The notes beneath the pieces were generated by a model. The model had not been told where the DNA came from. It made no database searches and saw only the letters and a program-made list of their open reading frames with translations. DNA of 64,000 nucleotides from Octopus vulgaris. Lineage: Eukaryota. The stretch's first letter is position 1, and every line of letters starts with the position of its first letter. Made by a program: the position numbers and the translations under genes. Positions 12,878 through 26,745 of the stretch are shown piece by piece. Where the stretch lies: assembly GCA_951406725.2 (NCBI GenBank), contig OX597824.1, forward strand, positions 66,650,001 through 66,714,000, in the 5' to 3' direction.

Positions 12878-12878
<1 letters not shown>
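11868..12878 (+). mobile_element. Non-autonomous Helitron-like elements (two families; second has an inverted copy at 14801-15155)
   Basis: 5' TCTATATATATAAAA starts at 11868 and 12385; the 14801 copy ends on the minus strand in ...gcgtgatactgCTAGt, a Helitron 3' CTAG signature. Confidence 0.6.
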
Positions 12879-12920
<42 letters not shown>

Positions 12921-13247
12921 AGTATATATATATATAAATATATATATATATAAATATAAACAGTTGCAGCATGGAAGGTGTTTATAAGCCATTTAAGAAA
13001 CACAAAAACCGTTAGATTCACTTCAACATTTAAATTTAATTTGCTGCAGCACATAATTTTGTCAGTGAACAGGTTGCGGTCTCAAATCGGTGAAAATATT
13101 TTGGCAAATTAAATTTAAATATTGAAGTGAATCTAATGGTTTTGTGTGTTTCTTAAATGGCTTATAAACATCTTCCACGTTGCAATTGTTTTAGTTCCAG
13201 CACATGATCTCGGATCAGGTCACTTGCTATGCAAGTACATCTCCGTA

Positions 13248-13313
<66 letters not shown>

Positions 13314-13346
13314 ATATATATGGATATGTATATTTAGAGTCTAGCT

Positions 13347-13394
13347 CACAACTGTCTGATGAAAGGAAATGCGAAGCTGTGAGTAACAGTTGTG
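13347..13394 (+). ncRNA. Minimal type I hammerhead ribozyme relic (mirror copy ~11459-11506 on minus)
   Basis: cacaactgt-CTGATGA-aaggaaatgc-GAAG-ctgtgag-TA-acagttgtg: 9-bp stem I, intact CUGAUGA, GAAA mutated to GAAG, stem II decayed. Confidence 0.6.
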
Positions 13395-13620
13395 TGATGT
13401 TGTTGCAGCTTAAATAAAAAAAAAGCATATTACTCTACCTTTGGTATTCGAGTACTATTTTTACCACTTTATTTTGCATTTATGTGCTTACTCGTGTGTG
13501 TGTGAGTGTCTGTGCATACATACATATATACATACATGCATGCATACATGCATGCATGCATACATACATACATACATACATACATACATACATACATACA
13601 TACATACATACATACATACA

Positions 13621-13656
<36 letters not shown>

Positions 13657-14532
13657 TATATATTAAGGTACAGGTGAGGATATAAACCTTGGAGGAATAA
13701 AAATATCCAAGATTAGACTGGTTGAATGCTTAACAAAGCAGTCACATACATATATAGTATTATTAATATTATACAAAACAAGAGAGAAGATGAAGATAAG
13801 ATTTTATAAAAGTTTATTAACATTATTAATATAACTGTTAATAACATTTATTAAAAGTTAATGTTAATAAAAGTTTATTAACATTATTAATCTTATTATA
13901 AAATTAATAAAAGTTTATTAGCATTATTGTAGACCAGACCTACAATTGTTTAAGTTCATCACTTGCAGCACAAAAATTAATTAAATGTAATTTAATTTAG
14001 CTAAATTAATTTGGTTAATTACTATGAGTGAGAATATCTTCAGAAATTTTTTATATTTAAAACTAAATAAAATCATAAAACAGGAAGGATACAGTGTACC
14101 ATTATAGTTCCTTTCTATTATAATGGTACACATTCCACCTGAGCCTTTGGATGAATTCATTAGTTTTACAAATCAAATCGTTTATAAATTCCTTTTTAGA
14201 TGGTATGAGTACATCCTTGAGTGACACGTCAACTTCAATATTCTCCATCTTCTATCAGTATAATCCAATTAATATAATGATTTATTTATTACTATTTATC
14301 AGTTTATTTATAAGAGTATAAACAAATTGTGTAAATGAATAAACAAATCAAATAATTATCGTTATAATGTAGATCGAGGTACAAGTGAGGATATAAACCT
14401 CAGTAAGATAAAAATATCCAAGATTAGACTGGTTATACATATATAGCATTATTAATATTATACAAAACAAATAGAAGATGGAGATAAGATTGATAAAAGT
14501 TTATTGACAAGACCAGACCTACAATTATATAT

Positions 14533-14588
<56 letters not shown>

Positions 14589-15150
14589 TCATCATCATCA
14601 TCGTTTAGCGTCCGCTTTCCATGCTAGCATGGGTTGGACGGGTCAACTGGGGTCTGTAAAGCTGGAAGGCTTCGTCAGGCCCAGTCAGATCTGGCAGTGT
14701 TTCTACGGCTGGATGCCCTTCCTAACGCCAACCACTCCGCGAGTGTAGTGGGTGTTTTTTATACACATATATACATATACATATATATTATTACATATAT
14801 ACTAGCAGTATCACGCGGTATTGCTCAGGTTTGTTTCGGCCCTTTAGAATTGGAATTTTTGAAAAGTAAAAATTTCGTATTATGTAGCTTGTTATTCTCT
14901 TTAAGTGAACATTTTTCTGGTTGAAATACACTGAAAAATAGCGACACAGCAGTCAAAAAATCGTAAAAAATAGGGATTTTCACAGAAAAAAAAGCACCTT
15001 TTTGATGTAAATAATTTTTGGTGTTCTACGGAAGAAAGCGCAAGCCTTCTTCTATCATACTCTCAATTTTGGTCAGCCTGCGCTGCAGGGTCATGGAGGA
15101 GATAGTGTTAGTTGTAGGCTACCAAACCTGCCATACACAGACAACTTCAG

Positions 15151-15192
<42 letters not shown>

Positions 15193-17061
15193 ATATATAT
15201 GTAAGTGAAGGTGCTTTGGTTTAGTGGTTAGGGTAATCAGTTCATGATTGTAAAATCATGAGTTTGATTCCTGGTAGTACAATATATCTGTGAGCAAGAC
15301 ACTTTATTTCACATTGTTCTAGTCCACTCAACTGGCAAAAGTGAGATGTATGTGTAATTCAAAGGGCTAGCCTTGTTACATTCTGTGTCATGCTGAAACT
15401 CCCTGAGAACTACATTAAGGGTGTGTGCATCTGTGGAGTGCTCAGCCACTTGCACATTAATTTCATGAGCAGGCTGTTCTGTTGATCAGATCAACTGAAA
15501 CCCTCATTGCCATAATCTACATTGTGCCAGTATGTATATATATATATATATATATAAGAAAAAAAAAAAGGGATTAAAAAATCCTGACAGATATCAATAA
15601 TGCATTCAGTATTCAAAGAATTTGGTTACAAATGTTTAACATTAGATACCAATAAATGTAAGTAGAAAACGTGTATGTGTGTATGCACATATGTATGTAT
15701 AAATGTATATGTGTGTATGTGGATGTGTCTGTCCACCACCACTGTCTGACAACCAGTGTTGGTTTATTTATGCGCCCAAAACTTTAAAAAAATAGTACTG
15801 GGGTCGATTCATTCAACTAAACTCTTTAAGGCAATACCCCAATATGGGTGCAGTCCAATGACTGAAACAAGTAAAATATGAAAGATATATGATGGGCTTC
15901 ATTCAGTTTCCATTTTCTAATACCACTCACATGGCCTTGGTCAGGAAAGGGCTATTGTTTGAAGGCTCTTGCCCAAAGTGCTATACAGGGACTGAACCTG
16001 AAACCATGTAGTTGGGAAGCAAACTTCTTACCACACAGCTATGCATGCACCTAACAGAACAACCATAATTACAGCTGCTACAATAAGAACAATAATTGCA
16101 ATAACAGTGTCTACTTGCTTGCTTTGCCTGCTAGCAATAGCGGTCAAATCTCCCTCAAATTACATGCTTTTTTATTGAAGCAGAATTCATTGGACAATAG
16201 AGACCTTTACATACGTTCAATAAAATTAGGTGGTCAAGGCTGAAATTACTTTGTTTATAGGTGTGGTTAATGATGGTTGACTCAGGGCTAAAGAAAGATA
16301 ATAACAATAGTATTTGCAACAATAGTATGACAACAAAATGAACAGTAACAACAGAAACAAAACTGACTGCAGTAACAGTCATAATAGCAACAACAACAAT
16401 AAAAACAATGCTTACACATGACAATAACAAGAACAAGAACAAAATCCCTGATGAATACAATAACAACAACAACATCAACAGTAACAACAAAAGCAAAACA
16501 TCACAATAAAAAGACAGGATGGTCATAAGCGAATTCCCTTTCATCACAGATCCACATGATCTTGGCTGACTTCAAGTTAAACAACAATCACAACAATACA
16601 TACACAGTCTCTCTCTCTCTCACACACACACTCACACACACATACAGACACATTCATATCCATTCAAACTCAAACAAATGTACACACATGTACACAAATA
16701 TGTATTTGCTGGATGCATATTTACACCCAGTAACAGCCCATATATATTAAATATATATATATGTGTGTGTATGTATGTATGTATGTATGTATGTATGTAT
16801 GTATGTATGTATGTATGTATGTATGTATGTATGTATGCATGCATGCATGCATGCATGTATGTATGTATGTATGTATGTATGTATGTGGTTATATATATGT
16901 GTGTTTGAGTGTATATGTATATTTGTGTGTGTGAGTGTGTGTGTGTGTATATATATATGTGTATATATATATACATATGTATATATATATCTATATCTAT
17001 ATCTATATCTGTATCTATATATCTATATCTATATCTATATTTATATCTATATCTATATCTA

Positions 17062-17180
<119 letters not shown>

Positions 17181-17187
17181 GAGTGTA

Positions 17188-17252
<65 letters not shown>

Positions 17253-17316
17253 TAAAACGGTAAGATAACAAAAGAAAGAAAGAGACCTTAATATTATGTA
17301 AATAGAGGAAATAGCC

Positions 17317-17379
17317 AGATAACCAAAGAGATGGCGTTGTGGATTTCCACTTCGGCATCTGAAACTCAGAGTTTTATCT
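17317..17379 (+). ncRNA. Minimal type I hammerhead ribozyme relic
   Basis: agataa-CCAAAGA-gatg...catc-t-GAAA-ctcagag-TT-ttatct: stems I, II and III all pair; first core box deviates from CUGANGA. Confidence 0.55.
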
Positions 17380-17403
17380 TGACTATCGAGTAATGTAACA
17401 TAT

Positions 17404-17444
<41 letters not shown>

Positions 17445-17453
17445 TATAGATAA

Positions 17454-17487
<34 letters not shown>

Positions 17488-17824
17488 ATTCATACACTCT
17501 ACTTTATGGATTGAATACTTTATTTTGAATTGTGCCCTTTTTCGGAAACAAAACACAGCTTTGTGTGTGTGTATGTGCATGTATGTAAAGGCTGGGCTCC
17601 ACCATGGTCTTAGCCACGATGGTTTAGACAAGCTAAAGAACATACATACACACAATACATATCTATATACATACATGCGCAGAGATAAATGTATTTGTGC
17701 ATATATGCATTTATACATGCATATATATGTGCCTATGTGTATGTATGTGTGTGCACATGTGTATGAGTGTATGTGGGTATAGCACATGTGTGTATGTGTA
17801 TATACATTTGAATTAACAAGTTAC

Positions 17825-18300
17825 CTATTATTTTCCAAGCGCCATCACATCTGATGTCTTTCAATTCCTACATCCAGTACACCCCTTCAGCTATCTCCTG
17901 CGTTTCCTTGTATCTTGCAACATTAAATTTCACTAGAGTTGCCAATCAGCAAAGACTGTCCTCTAATTGCTTTCATTGTCCTCAAATGTATCTGAAGTTA
18001 TATCCAGTGTTTTGTCCAAGAGTCAACCTCTTAAGACGTTCAGTATTCACCTGTATCTATGTGCGTTTTATGCTGACCAAATGCAATGATATCTGTTGAC
18101 CACAGTTATGTCCCTGTGTCTCTCTCTCACTTTCACTCTCACTGCTGCCTCCAGGTCAAATCCAATATTACTGATGGTAGATAGACGGTATACACTATCT
18201 GCGACTGATGTCTACCAAACTCCTGACAGTCTTGGTTGTTGTTGGAAGAGATATGATGTTATGTAACCTCATCTTCATCTGGCTGTAAAACTCTATATGA
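17825..18300 (-). other. Candidate upstream non-coding exon of the globin gene (5' boundary uncertain)
   Basis: Non-repetitive, higher-GC island among microsatellites ending in a minus-strand donor TAG|gtaact; no ORF. Confidence 0.22.
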
Positions 18301-18636
18301 ACTGTTGAACTCATCAGGTTAAAATTAGAATCATTAGTGATAGATGTTTCATCTGAGCAGTATTAATTTTGCATCTTGTTATGCGTGCATGTGTGTGCAT
18401 ATATATATATATATATATATACACTCAAGTTTTGTGTTCTATTTTTCTGTCTGCTTCTCCAAATGTGTGTGTGTATATATATATATATATGTAAGATGCC
18501 CCAGCATGGCTGCAGTCTAATGACTAAAACAAGTGTAAAAAGTATGTATATATGTATTTATCTATATATATGTATACATACATACATGTATATATCTCTA
18601 TGTATCTATCTATGTATCTATGTATCTATCTATCTA

Positions 18637-18685
<49 letters not shown>

Positions 18686-18894
18686 TGTCTGTCTGTTATT
18701 TGTGTGTGTGTGTGTGTGTGTATGGTAGAAGCTGTTTAGTCTGTGTACTCTTATGTGTTTGGTGTATGTACTATATGCAAAAACATCTGCAAATACTTGG
18801 TTATGTTTGAATGTATGTATATATGTATGCATGCATTTACATATGTATGTATTTTTGTATGTATGTTTCTATGTATGTGGGTATGTATGTATGC

Positions 18895-18938
<44 letters not shown>

Positions 18939-19175
18939 GTGTCAGTGTGTTTGCAGGTAAGTTGCTAATACTTCAGCTTGGGCTCAGTGTTGTGAAGACA
19001 GCACCAAACTGTATGGTTTGGTTTACTACCAGTTTTGATTTGTGGGAAATACATCCTGACAAATATACATGCACATGCACACACATGTTTACATATATAT
19101 ATATATGTATGTATGTATATATGTGTGTGTGTGTGTATGTGTGTGCATATATATTTGTGTTTATATATATGTATA

Positions 19176-19206
<31 letters not shown>

Positions 19207-19372
19207 GTATGTATGTATAAATATATACATACATATATATAGACATATACATATGTACATGTATATATATATATATATATATATTTATGTATGTGTATAT
19301 ATATATATATATATATATACATATATATATACAATATATATACACAAATAGATATATATTGATACATACATT

Positions 19373-19417
<45 letters not shown>

Positions 19418-19458
19418 TTATATATGTATATATATTTATATATCCATATGTATATAGG

Positions 19459-19491
<33 letters not shown>

Positions 19492-19515
19492 TTATACGTA
19501 TATATATATGTGTGT

Positions 19516-19548
<33 letters not shown>

Positions 19549-19682
19549 AGTGTACATATATATACATGCACAAATTAATTAATACACACATGCATATATA
19601 CATACATACTTACATACATACACATACACTCACACATGTAAATATATATATATATATATATAAGAGAACGAAAATGTATTTT

Positions 19683-19730
<48 letters not shown>

Positions 19731-20050
19731 ACTAAGAGTTGGGTGTATACAGTGAATATATGATATGGCTGGTGTAATGGAGGCTAGAATATGATGGCGT
19801 AATTATTCCATAAAAGCCAGGACATGTCATGGTTGAATGATTTCCCCCACTGTTGGTCAAGTAGTTAACTTTACAACCACCATTAGTCCACTTAGATTGT
19901 TGTTATTGTTGTTTTCCAACTGCTGCACATGCTGCTGCTACTACTATTGTTGCTGCTGCTGCTGTTGTGGTTGTTGTTGGTGTTACTGTTGCTATTGTTC
20001 TTACATTTGTTATTGGTTTGGTTTTAGCATTGATATATGCGTGTGTATTC

Positions 20051-20110
<60 letters not shown>

Positions 20111-20381
20111 TCATACATACACACACACACACATATTTATATATATATACATGCATATATACATATATATCTTTATATATATATATGTCTGTGTGTGTGT
20201 ATATATATATATATGTATGTATATATATGTATAGATACACACACATACATATACATATATATGTACATGCGTATATACATACATTTATGTATATTTGATA
20301 TAAGTATATATATATATATACATCTATATATCTATCTATCTATATACATGTGTATATGTATGTGTGTAATGAGAACAAATG

Positions 20382-20412
<31 letters not shown>

Positions 20413-20787
20413 AGTACAATGGATGATAAAATCAGCTGCAAATGAACAGCAACAACAACGTCAATTTAACAAACTGATCAATCCATAAACAATTACACAA
20501 GATATGTCTGTGTGCTCAAGAAGTTTGTTCACATTAACTTGGTTCCTGCCTGAAACACACTACACAGAAACTTGAGCAAGTACCTTTAGGTGGCCAATAC
20601 TTTGTGAGCTAAATTCTGAATGCAAAATCTGTGGAAGCTGCAGGCATGGCTGTGTGGTAAGAAGCTTGCTTCACAACCACATGGCTGAGGGTTTAGTTCC
20701 TCACGGTTTGCATGGTACCTTGGTTAAAGCCTTGGGCCAACCAAAGCCTCATGAGTGAATTTGATAGACAGAAACTGAAAGAAATGC

Positions 20788-20833
<46 letters not shown>

Positions 20834-21584
20834 GTTCACAGATATGATCAAGACATTCTCAGTATAGAAGACACTTAGTAATGCTCAAAAAAGATTCCGA
20901 AGTCTTTATAGGGGATTGATTCCACAGGGTAAAGAGTGGTTATAAAAGTCATTGTGCTGAGTGGATACAGAAGCTATTATGCAGATAAATAGATTAAACA
21001 TCATCATTATTGTTTAACGCCCACTTTTGACTGAGGAGTGGCGAACCAGATGGTTGCACCAGGCTCCAAGCTTGATCTGGCAGAGTTTCTACAGCTGGAT
21101 GCCCTTCCTAACGCCAACCACTCTGAGAGTGTAGTGGGTGCTTTTACGTTCCACCGGCACGAGGGCCAGTTTGGCAGTACTGGCAATGGCAGTTAGTAAT
21201 TCTGAAAACGATTCAAACTTAGACTACAAAGTCTTTATAGAGGATTGGTTCCACAGGGTAAAGAGTGGCTATAAGAGGGATTGTGCCGAGTGGATATAGA
21301 GGCTATTATGCAGATAAACAAATTAGACATATTAAGTATAATATAATAGTTTGGGTGAAAAACACAAAATATGTATATATGTTTACGTGAAAAACGAGAG
21401 AAAGCAAAAGATGGAGATTTTCAAACAATGAATATTTAAGTACAAATATATAGATCCAACTTACAAAAAGTCTCTTGTTTTTCATGCATACATATATACA
21501 TATTTTGTGTTTCATGCCCAAGTTATTGTATTATATTCAATATATCTAATTCGGTTATCTACATAATTGCCTCATATATGTATG

Positions 21585-21618
<34 letters not shown>

Positions 21619-21909
21619 TGTATGTATGTATGTACGTCTGTGTGTGTGTGTTTTTGTGTTTGCGTTTGTCCCCACCACAGCTTGATAACTGGTGTTGGTG
21701 TGTTTACATCCATATAACTTAGTGGTTCAGCAAAAAGAGATTGATAAAATAAGCACCAGGCTTAACAAAAATTAAGAACTGGGGTCAATTTGTTTGATTA
21801 GAAATTCTTAAGGTGGTGAGGTGGAAAAAATGTTAGCACACCAGGCTATTTCGTCTGCCGCTACATTCTGAGTTCAAATTCTGCCAAGGTCGACTTTGCC
21901 TTTCATCCA

Positions 21910-22110
21910 AATGGAATCTTAGATGGGGAGTAAAGCATTACATGGTAAATATCCTACAAGGGCCAGTGATTCTGATGTGACCGATGTGACCCATCAGTGG
22001 CTGTCTGCATCTGGACTAATATCAAAAACAAAATCAATGACTGCTCACTAGAAATTACCAAGCCAACATTCTTAAAAATGGTGCTGATTCTTCCTGTTAC
22101 TTTTGTGCCA
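21910..22110 (+). mobile_element. R4/Dong-type non-LTR retrotransposon fragment
   Basis: KALHGKYPTRASDSDV..THQWLSASGL...TRNYQANILKNGADSSCYFC, typical post-RT region of R4-clade elements; frameshifted. Confidence 0.7.
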
Positions 22111-22522
22111 CAACACTGAATATGTTAGTGTCATTTGTATGGTAGAGTGTAGAGAAAGATAGTCTAATCTTGATTAGACACTTTGACATTTCTGGGTTTG
22201 CTTTGGCATTACTTAACAATTTAATGAAGAGCCGCTATGTAGTCTCTCAACCTACTAGAATCAGTAGCCAAATCTTGTTGATGTCCCAGCCAACCTTTTT
22301 AAAAACAGGGGAAGGAAATATTGTATAAAAAAAGTTTATATCTATCAAGTTATTTTGCGTTAAATTTGACGTATTTCGGTAATTTCAACCAATCAATGAT
22401 GTGTATTCAGCTGAATAAAATTTATACCATTTATTCTTTTGAATAGTATCAGAGGAATTTTCGAAACATGTGTCAAAAGTAAAAATATTTGATTTACACA
22501 TGCGTTAAACTCCATTTATTTA

Positions 22523-22567
<45 letters not shown>

Positions 22568-22568
<1 letters not shown>

Positions 22569-23420
22569 AATCTTTACCTTTTGTTCGGCAGATTTAGAAA
22601 ATACTTTTTTGTAACTGAACACTTTCAAATTTCGTATACTGGTAGAATGTGTCATATAAAACATCTTTTACCCTTAGCGTTTTTGAGAAAAGTTTATATT
22701 TATGAAGTTATTTTGCGTTAAAGTTGACATATTTCGGTAATTTCAACCAATCAATGACGTGTATTCAGCTGAATAAAATTACTACCAGTGTTTAATTTCT
22801 TTATTATAATCAAGTTTGTTTGTCAACAACAACTATCGGCGGTGTATATTTTGTTTGCCACTGTTATTTATGACATCGTTCATACGTTTGTACTGGTTTT
22901 AGCTTTAAGATTTTAGGGTTAGGGTTAGGGTTGGGCTTTTAGGGTTAGAGTAATGGAAAAAATGAAAAATGAAGAAATTGGAGGTGTAGGGGTCGAGGGC
23001 AAAAAAAATCTTTCTGAGAATAGTAGCTAAAAAATAGGAAAAAAATCCCCCTAAAAGCAGTAGAAATGCACGAACGATTATGGTGGTGCCATGAAGTAAA
23101 CATGCTTCAGATACACTTGTTTATTTATTCAAACATAACTGAGATGAAATATGTCATAAATAACAGTGACAAACGAAATATACACTGCTGGAAGTTGTTG
23201 ACAAACAACAGCAGTAATTTTATTCAGCTGAATACACGTCATTGATTAGTTGAAATTACTGAAATACGACAACTTTAACACGAAATAACTTCGTAAATAT
23301 AAACTTTTCTCAAATACACTAAGAGTTAAAGATGTTTTATATGACACATTCTACCAATATACGAAGTTTGAAAGTGTTTAGTTACAAAAATTTATTTTCT
23401 AAATCTGCTGGTAAAGATTC
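22568..23420. mobile_element. Foldback/MITE with ~300-bp TIRs and an internal TTAGGG array; partial copy at 22330-22430
   Basis: gaatctttacc...ggtaaagattc termini in (TA)n; long inverted arms; (TTAGGG)3 TTGGG at 22913-22935. Confidence 0.85.
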
Positions 23421-23547
23421 ATATATATATATATATAGTCAATTCTAATAAATAATCAATTCAAATAAGCAAATAATGAAATTGATCGACAATAAAAGGA
23501 CATGCACAAGGAATGTGTTAGCTTGATGGTTGGTAAAAAGAAAGAGT

Positions 23548-23583
23548 TTTTGACATTTCAAGCATAGCTCTTCATCGGAAAAG
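23548..23583 (-). ncRNA. Minimal hammerhead ribozyme relic
   Basis: Minus strand tttt-CCGATGA-agagc tat gctt-GAAA-tg-TC-aaaa. Confidence 0.45.
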
Positions 23584-24757
23584 AGGAAGGGAAAAGTCCA
23601 AAGAAGGAAAAGATATCATCAACAGCATATGTGTAGTTACATTGTTGAAGTGACTGGAAGTAGAAAAACATAGAGAAAGTGTTTGTTTTAGGATGAAGCA
23701 TTTGAGGATGGCCTCTGTGTGTGTGTGGTGGTAACTGTATGCTTGTGTGTTTGTGTTAGTGCGAGTGATGTACATATGAGGGTACACACACACACACACA
23801 TATCCATGTGTGTCTTGTGTCTATGTTTGTCCACCCTACCACTTGACAGCCAGCGTTGGTGTGTTCATGTCCCTGTAATCAAACGGTTTGGCAAAAGAGA
23901 CCAATAGAGTAAATGCCAAGCTTGCTAAAATAAGTACTGGGGATTTGTTTGACTAAAAAAAAATCCTTCAAGGTGATGCTCCAGCATTGCCTCAATCTAA
24001 TGACTGAAACAAGTAAAAGATAAAGGATAAATGTTTGCTTGATAGTCTCTGTATAATGTTTTGAATTTAATTCAAACTCGACAGTGTATAATTTCAACAG
24101 AAACGTAGTAATAAATAGTTTGTTAGGTTGAGTCATAGTAAGTAGGTACTCTCAATGAGAGTGGTCGCTTGAGAGCAATGGTATTGTACAATCTGATGCC
24201 AAATCCTGCATATAGTATTTCTAAGACCAAAACAGGATGTGGTCAGAGATTGGCACTCAAAAGCTCTTTTGTTGTAATATACTTTGAATAAGAATGAATA
24301 GAAAAGAAAAGGATTGGCAGAAACGGTTGAGCAACAATTCAAGGTTTTTATTGTATTCATTTGTGCCCCACTATGATCTAATCCCAAATCCTGCCAATGT
24401 TGGTTTTTCCTCTTTTTGTCTTTCTGAGATGAATAAAAAAAAGTAGCAGTCAGGTACTGGATTTGATTAAATTGATTACAAACTCCATTAAAGTATGTGG
24501 CTCTGTACCCAAATAAGTATCGAATAAGTATTAAAATAACAGTACTGGAGGAAAAATGTTTTGCTAAAAATAACAGTCAAATCCCATTAAATCACTTTTT
24601 TCATCTTAGGAAAGGACATTTTGTATAATGTGGTTCTGGGTACCTTTAACATTAGAAAAAGAGAAGGGATGGTTTTTGGTGAATTGCTTATGATCTTAGG
24701 TCTGCTTGACTGAGCTGGCTTGAAGCTAAACAGCATCAATAACAACAGCTGCTGTTG

Positions 24758-24843
<86 letters not shown>

Positions 24844-25355
24844 ACTACTACTACTACTACTTCCACTACTACTACTACTACCACCACCACCACTACTACT
24901 ACTACCACCACCACCACTACTACTACTGCTGCTGCTGCTGCTGCTACTGTTACTGCTGCTGTTGTTGTTGTTGCTGCTATATTATCCTCAATATTATTGA
25001 TCAACAACCCAGATCAGCTACATTCATTCCAATTTACTGGTTTAGTCTCATGTTCATTAATAATTAATCGTTAAGTCATATTGTCACTGATGGCAATAAG
25101 ATGTGTGGGTCTGAGGGGGTAACTGGGTGAGGGGAGATGAGGCGAGGTATTTTGTTGCCGATGGTGATGATGATGATTATAATAAGTGGTACAACAAGAA
25201 GTATTTTTATGTTCATGTTACTACATAGCCATATTAGAAAAACATATTAAAGTACACATATCAATACACAATTAACAGATTTTCATATATATATATATAT
25301 ATATATAAATACACTTATGTATGTATACATATCTATGTATGTGTATATCTATCTT

Positions 25356-25393
<38 letters not shown>

Positions 25394-26358
25394 GATCTAT
25401 CTATCTATCTATCTATCTATCTAGTTATCTATCTATCTATCTGTCTGTCTATCTATCTATATGTATGTTGTGCATGTGTGTGTGTGTGTGTATAAAATTC
25501 ATATCTATAATGTATAGTACATATTAGGGAAGTAAGTGATAATGTACTTAATGTGGTAGTTGCGATAACTTTAATTAACTGAGACCATAATTGTGTTCAG
25601 AAGAGGTAAACATTAATGAACAATAATTAACTCAACCAATCAAAATTAAGGGTAACAATCCAGAATCAGAAAAGGAAAGAAAAGTATTTTTGAAATGTGT
25701 TGACACACCTCGGTCTTAATTAATAAAGATTAATTAAGAAATATATGGTAGAGTGTAGAGAAAGATAGTCTAATCTTGATTAGACACTTTGACATTTCTG
25801 GGTTTGTTTTGGCATTACTTAACAATTTAATGAAGAGCTGCTATGTAGTCTCTCAACCTACTAGAATCAGTAGCCAAATCTTGCTGATGTCCCATCCAAC
25901 CCTTTTAAAAACAGGGGAAGGAAATATTGTATAAAATAGTCTAAAATATTTCTAAAAGGATGTGATGGTCAGTAGAATACCTTTGATTAAAGGTCAGTTT
26001 AATCAGTGCTGACCTGGGTCTAAACAACAACAACAATTACAACACACACATACACACACACGCATGTATGTATGTATGTATGTATGTATGTATGTATGTA
26101 TGTATGTATGTATGTATGTATGTATGTATGTATGTTATTATTCAGTTTATTTCAAAATTTCTTGGTAATAGAGAAAGAATCAATTTCTAACCTAGATCCA
26201 AGGCTCCTTCATTGGGATTTCAACATCAGTAACGGGGTATTTTTTATGTATGTATGTATGTATGTATTATGTGTGTGTGTGTGTGTGTGTGTGCGTGTGT
26301 GTATCTTTTATCTTTTACTTATTTCAGTCATTTTTCTGTGGCCATATTGGGGCACCAT

Positions 26359-26447
<89 letters not shown>

Positions 26448-26454
26448 TGAGAGA

Positions 26455-26745
26455 GATTCAAATGAATATGGTACTTAAGTCAGATGCACCAGAATTTTGT
26501 ACGGTGTTATCCATATAAATCCATGGGGTGATTATAATCAAAGTAAGCAACAAGAATATCTTCGGTAATTTGGTATGATCGTTTCACGCTACATCATTTT
26601 ATTAAACATTGTAAGCATTACATCAGTTTTAAAATGTTGAGTAACATGCTCAACATTTTAAAACTGATGTAATGCTTACAATGTTTAATAAAATGATGTA
26701 GCGTGAAACGATTTGTACCAAATTCTTGTTGCTTACTTTGATTAT
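26455..26745. repeat. Fold-back palindromic PLE-type terminal fragment with hammerhead-like module (second family member 33768-34038)
   Basis: ~100-bp arms with a perfect central stem of ~65 bp; arm reads CTGATGT-a-atgcttaca...tgtagcgt-GAAA-cgat(t)tg-TA; both copies sit in microsatellite tracts. Confidence 0.8.

Larger units (their letters stand above)
10729..14343. repeat. Large inverted duplication: arms 10729-11867 and 12964-14343 around a ~1.1-kb Helitron-derived spacer; extra partial copy 14380-14525
   Basis: Direct reverse-complement match over >1.1 kb, with differences mainly in microsatellite length and a short AT-rich expansion at ~13820-13920. Confidence 0.95.
22138..25936 (+). repeat. 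~190-bp direct duplication (22138-22328 and 25745-25936)
   Basis: atggtagagtgtagagaaagatagtc...ggaaatattgtataaaa present twice with only a few substitutions. Confidence 0.9.

Noticed and set aside
18951-18962. ttgcag|gtaagt recursive-splice-like motif on the plus strand
   Set aside because: No plus-strand gene is supported here and the upstream tract is a (GT)n microsatellite.
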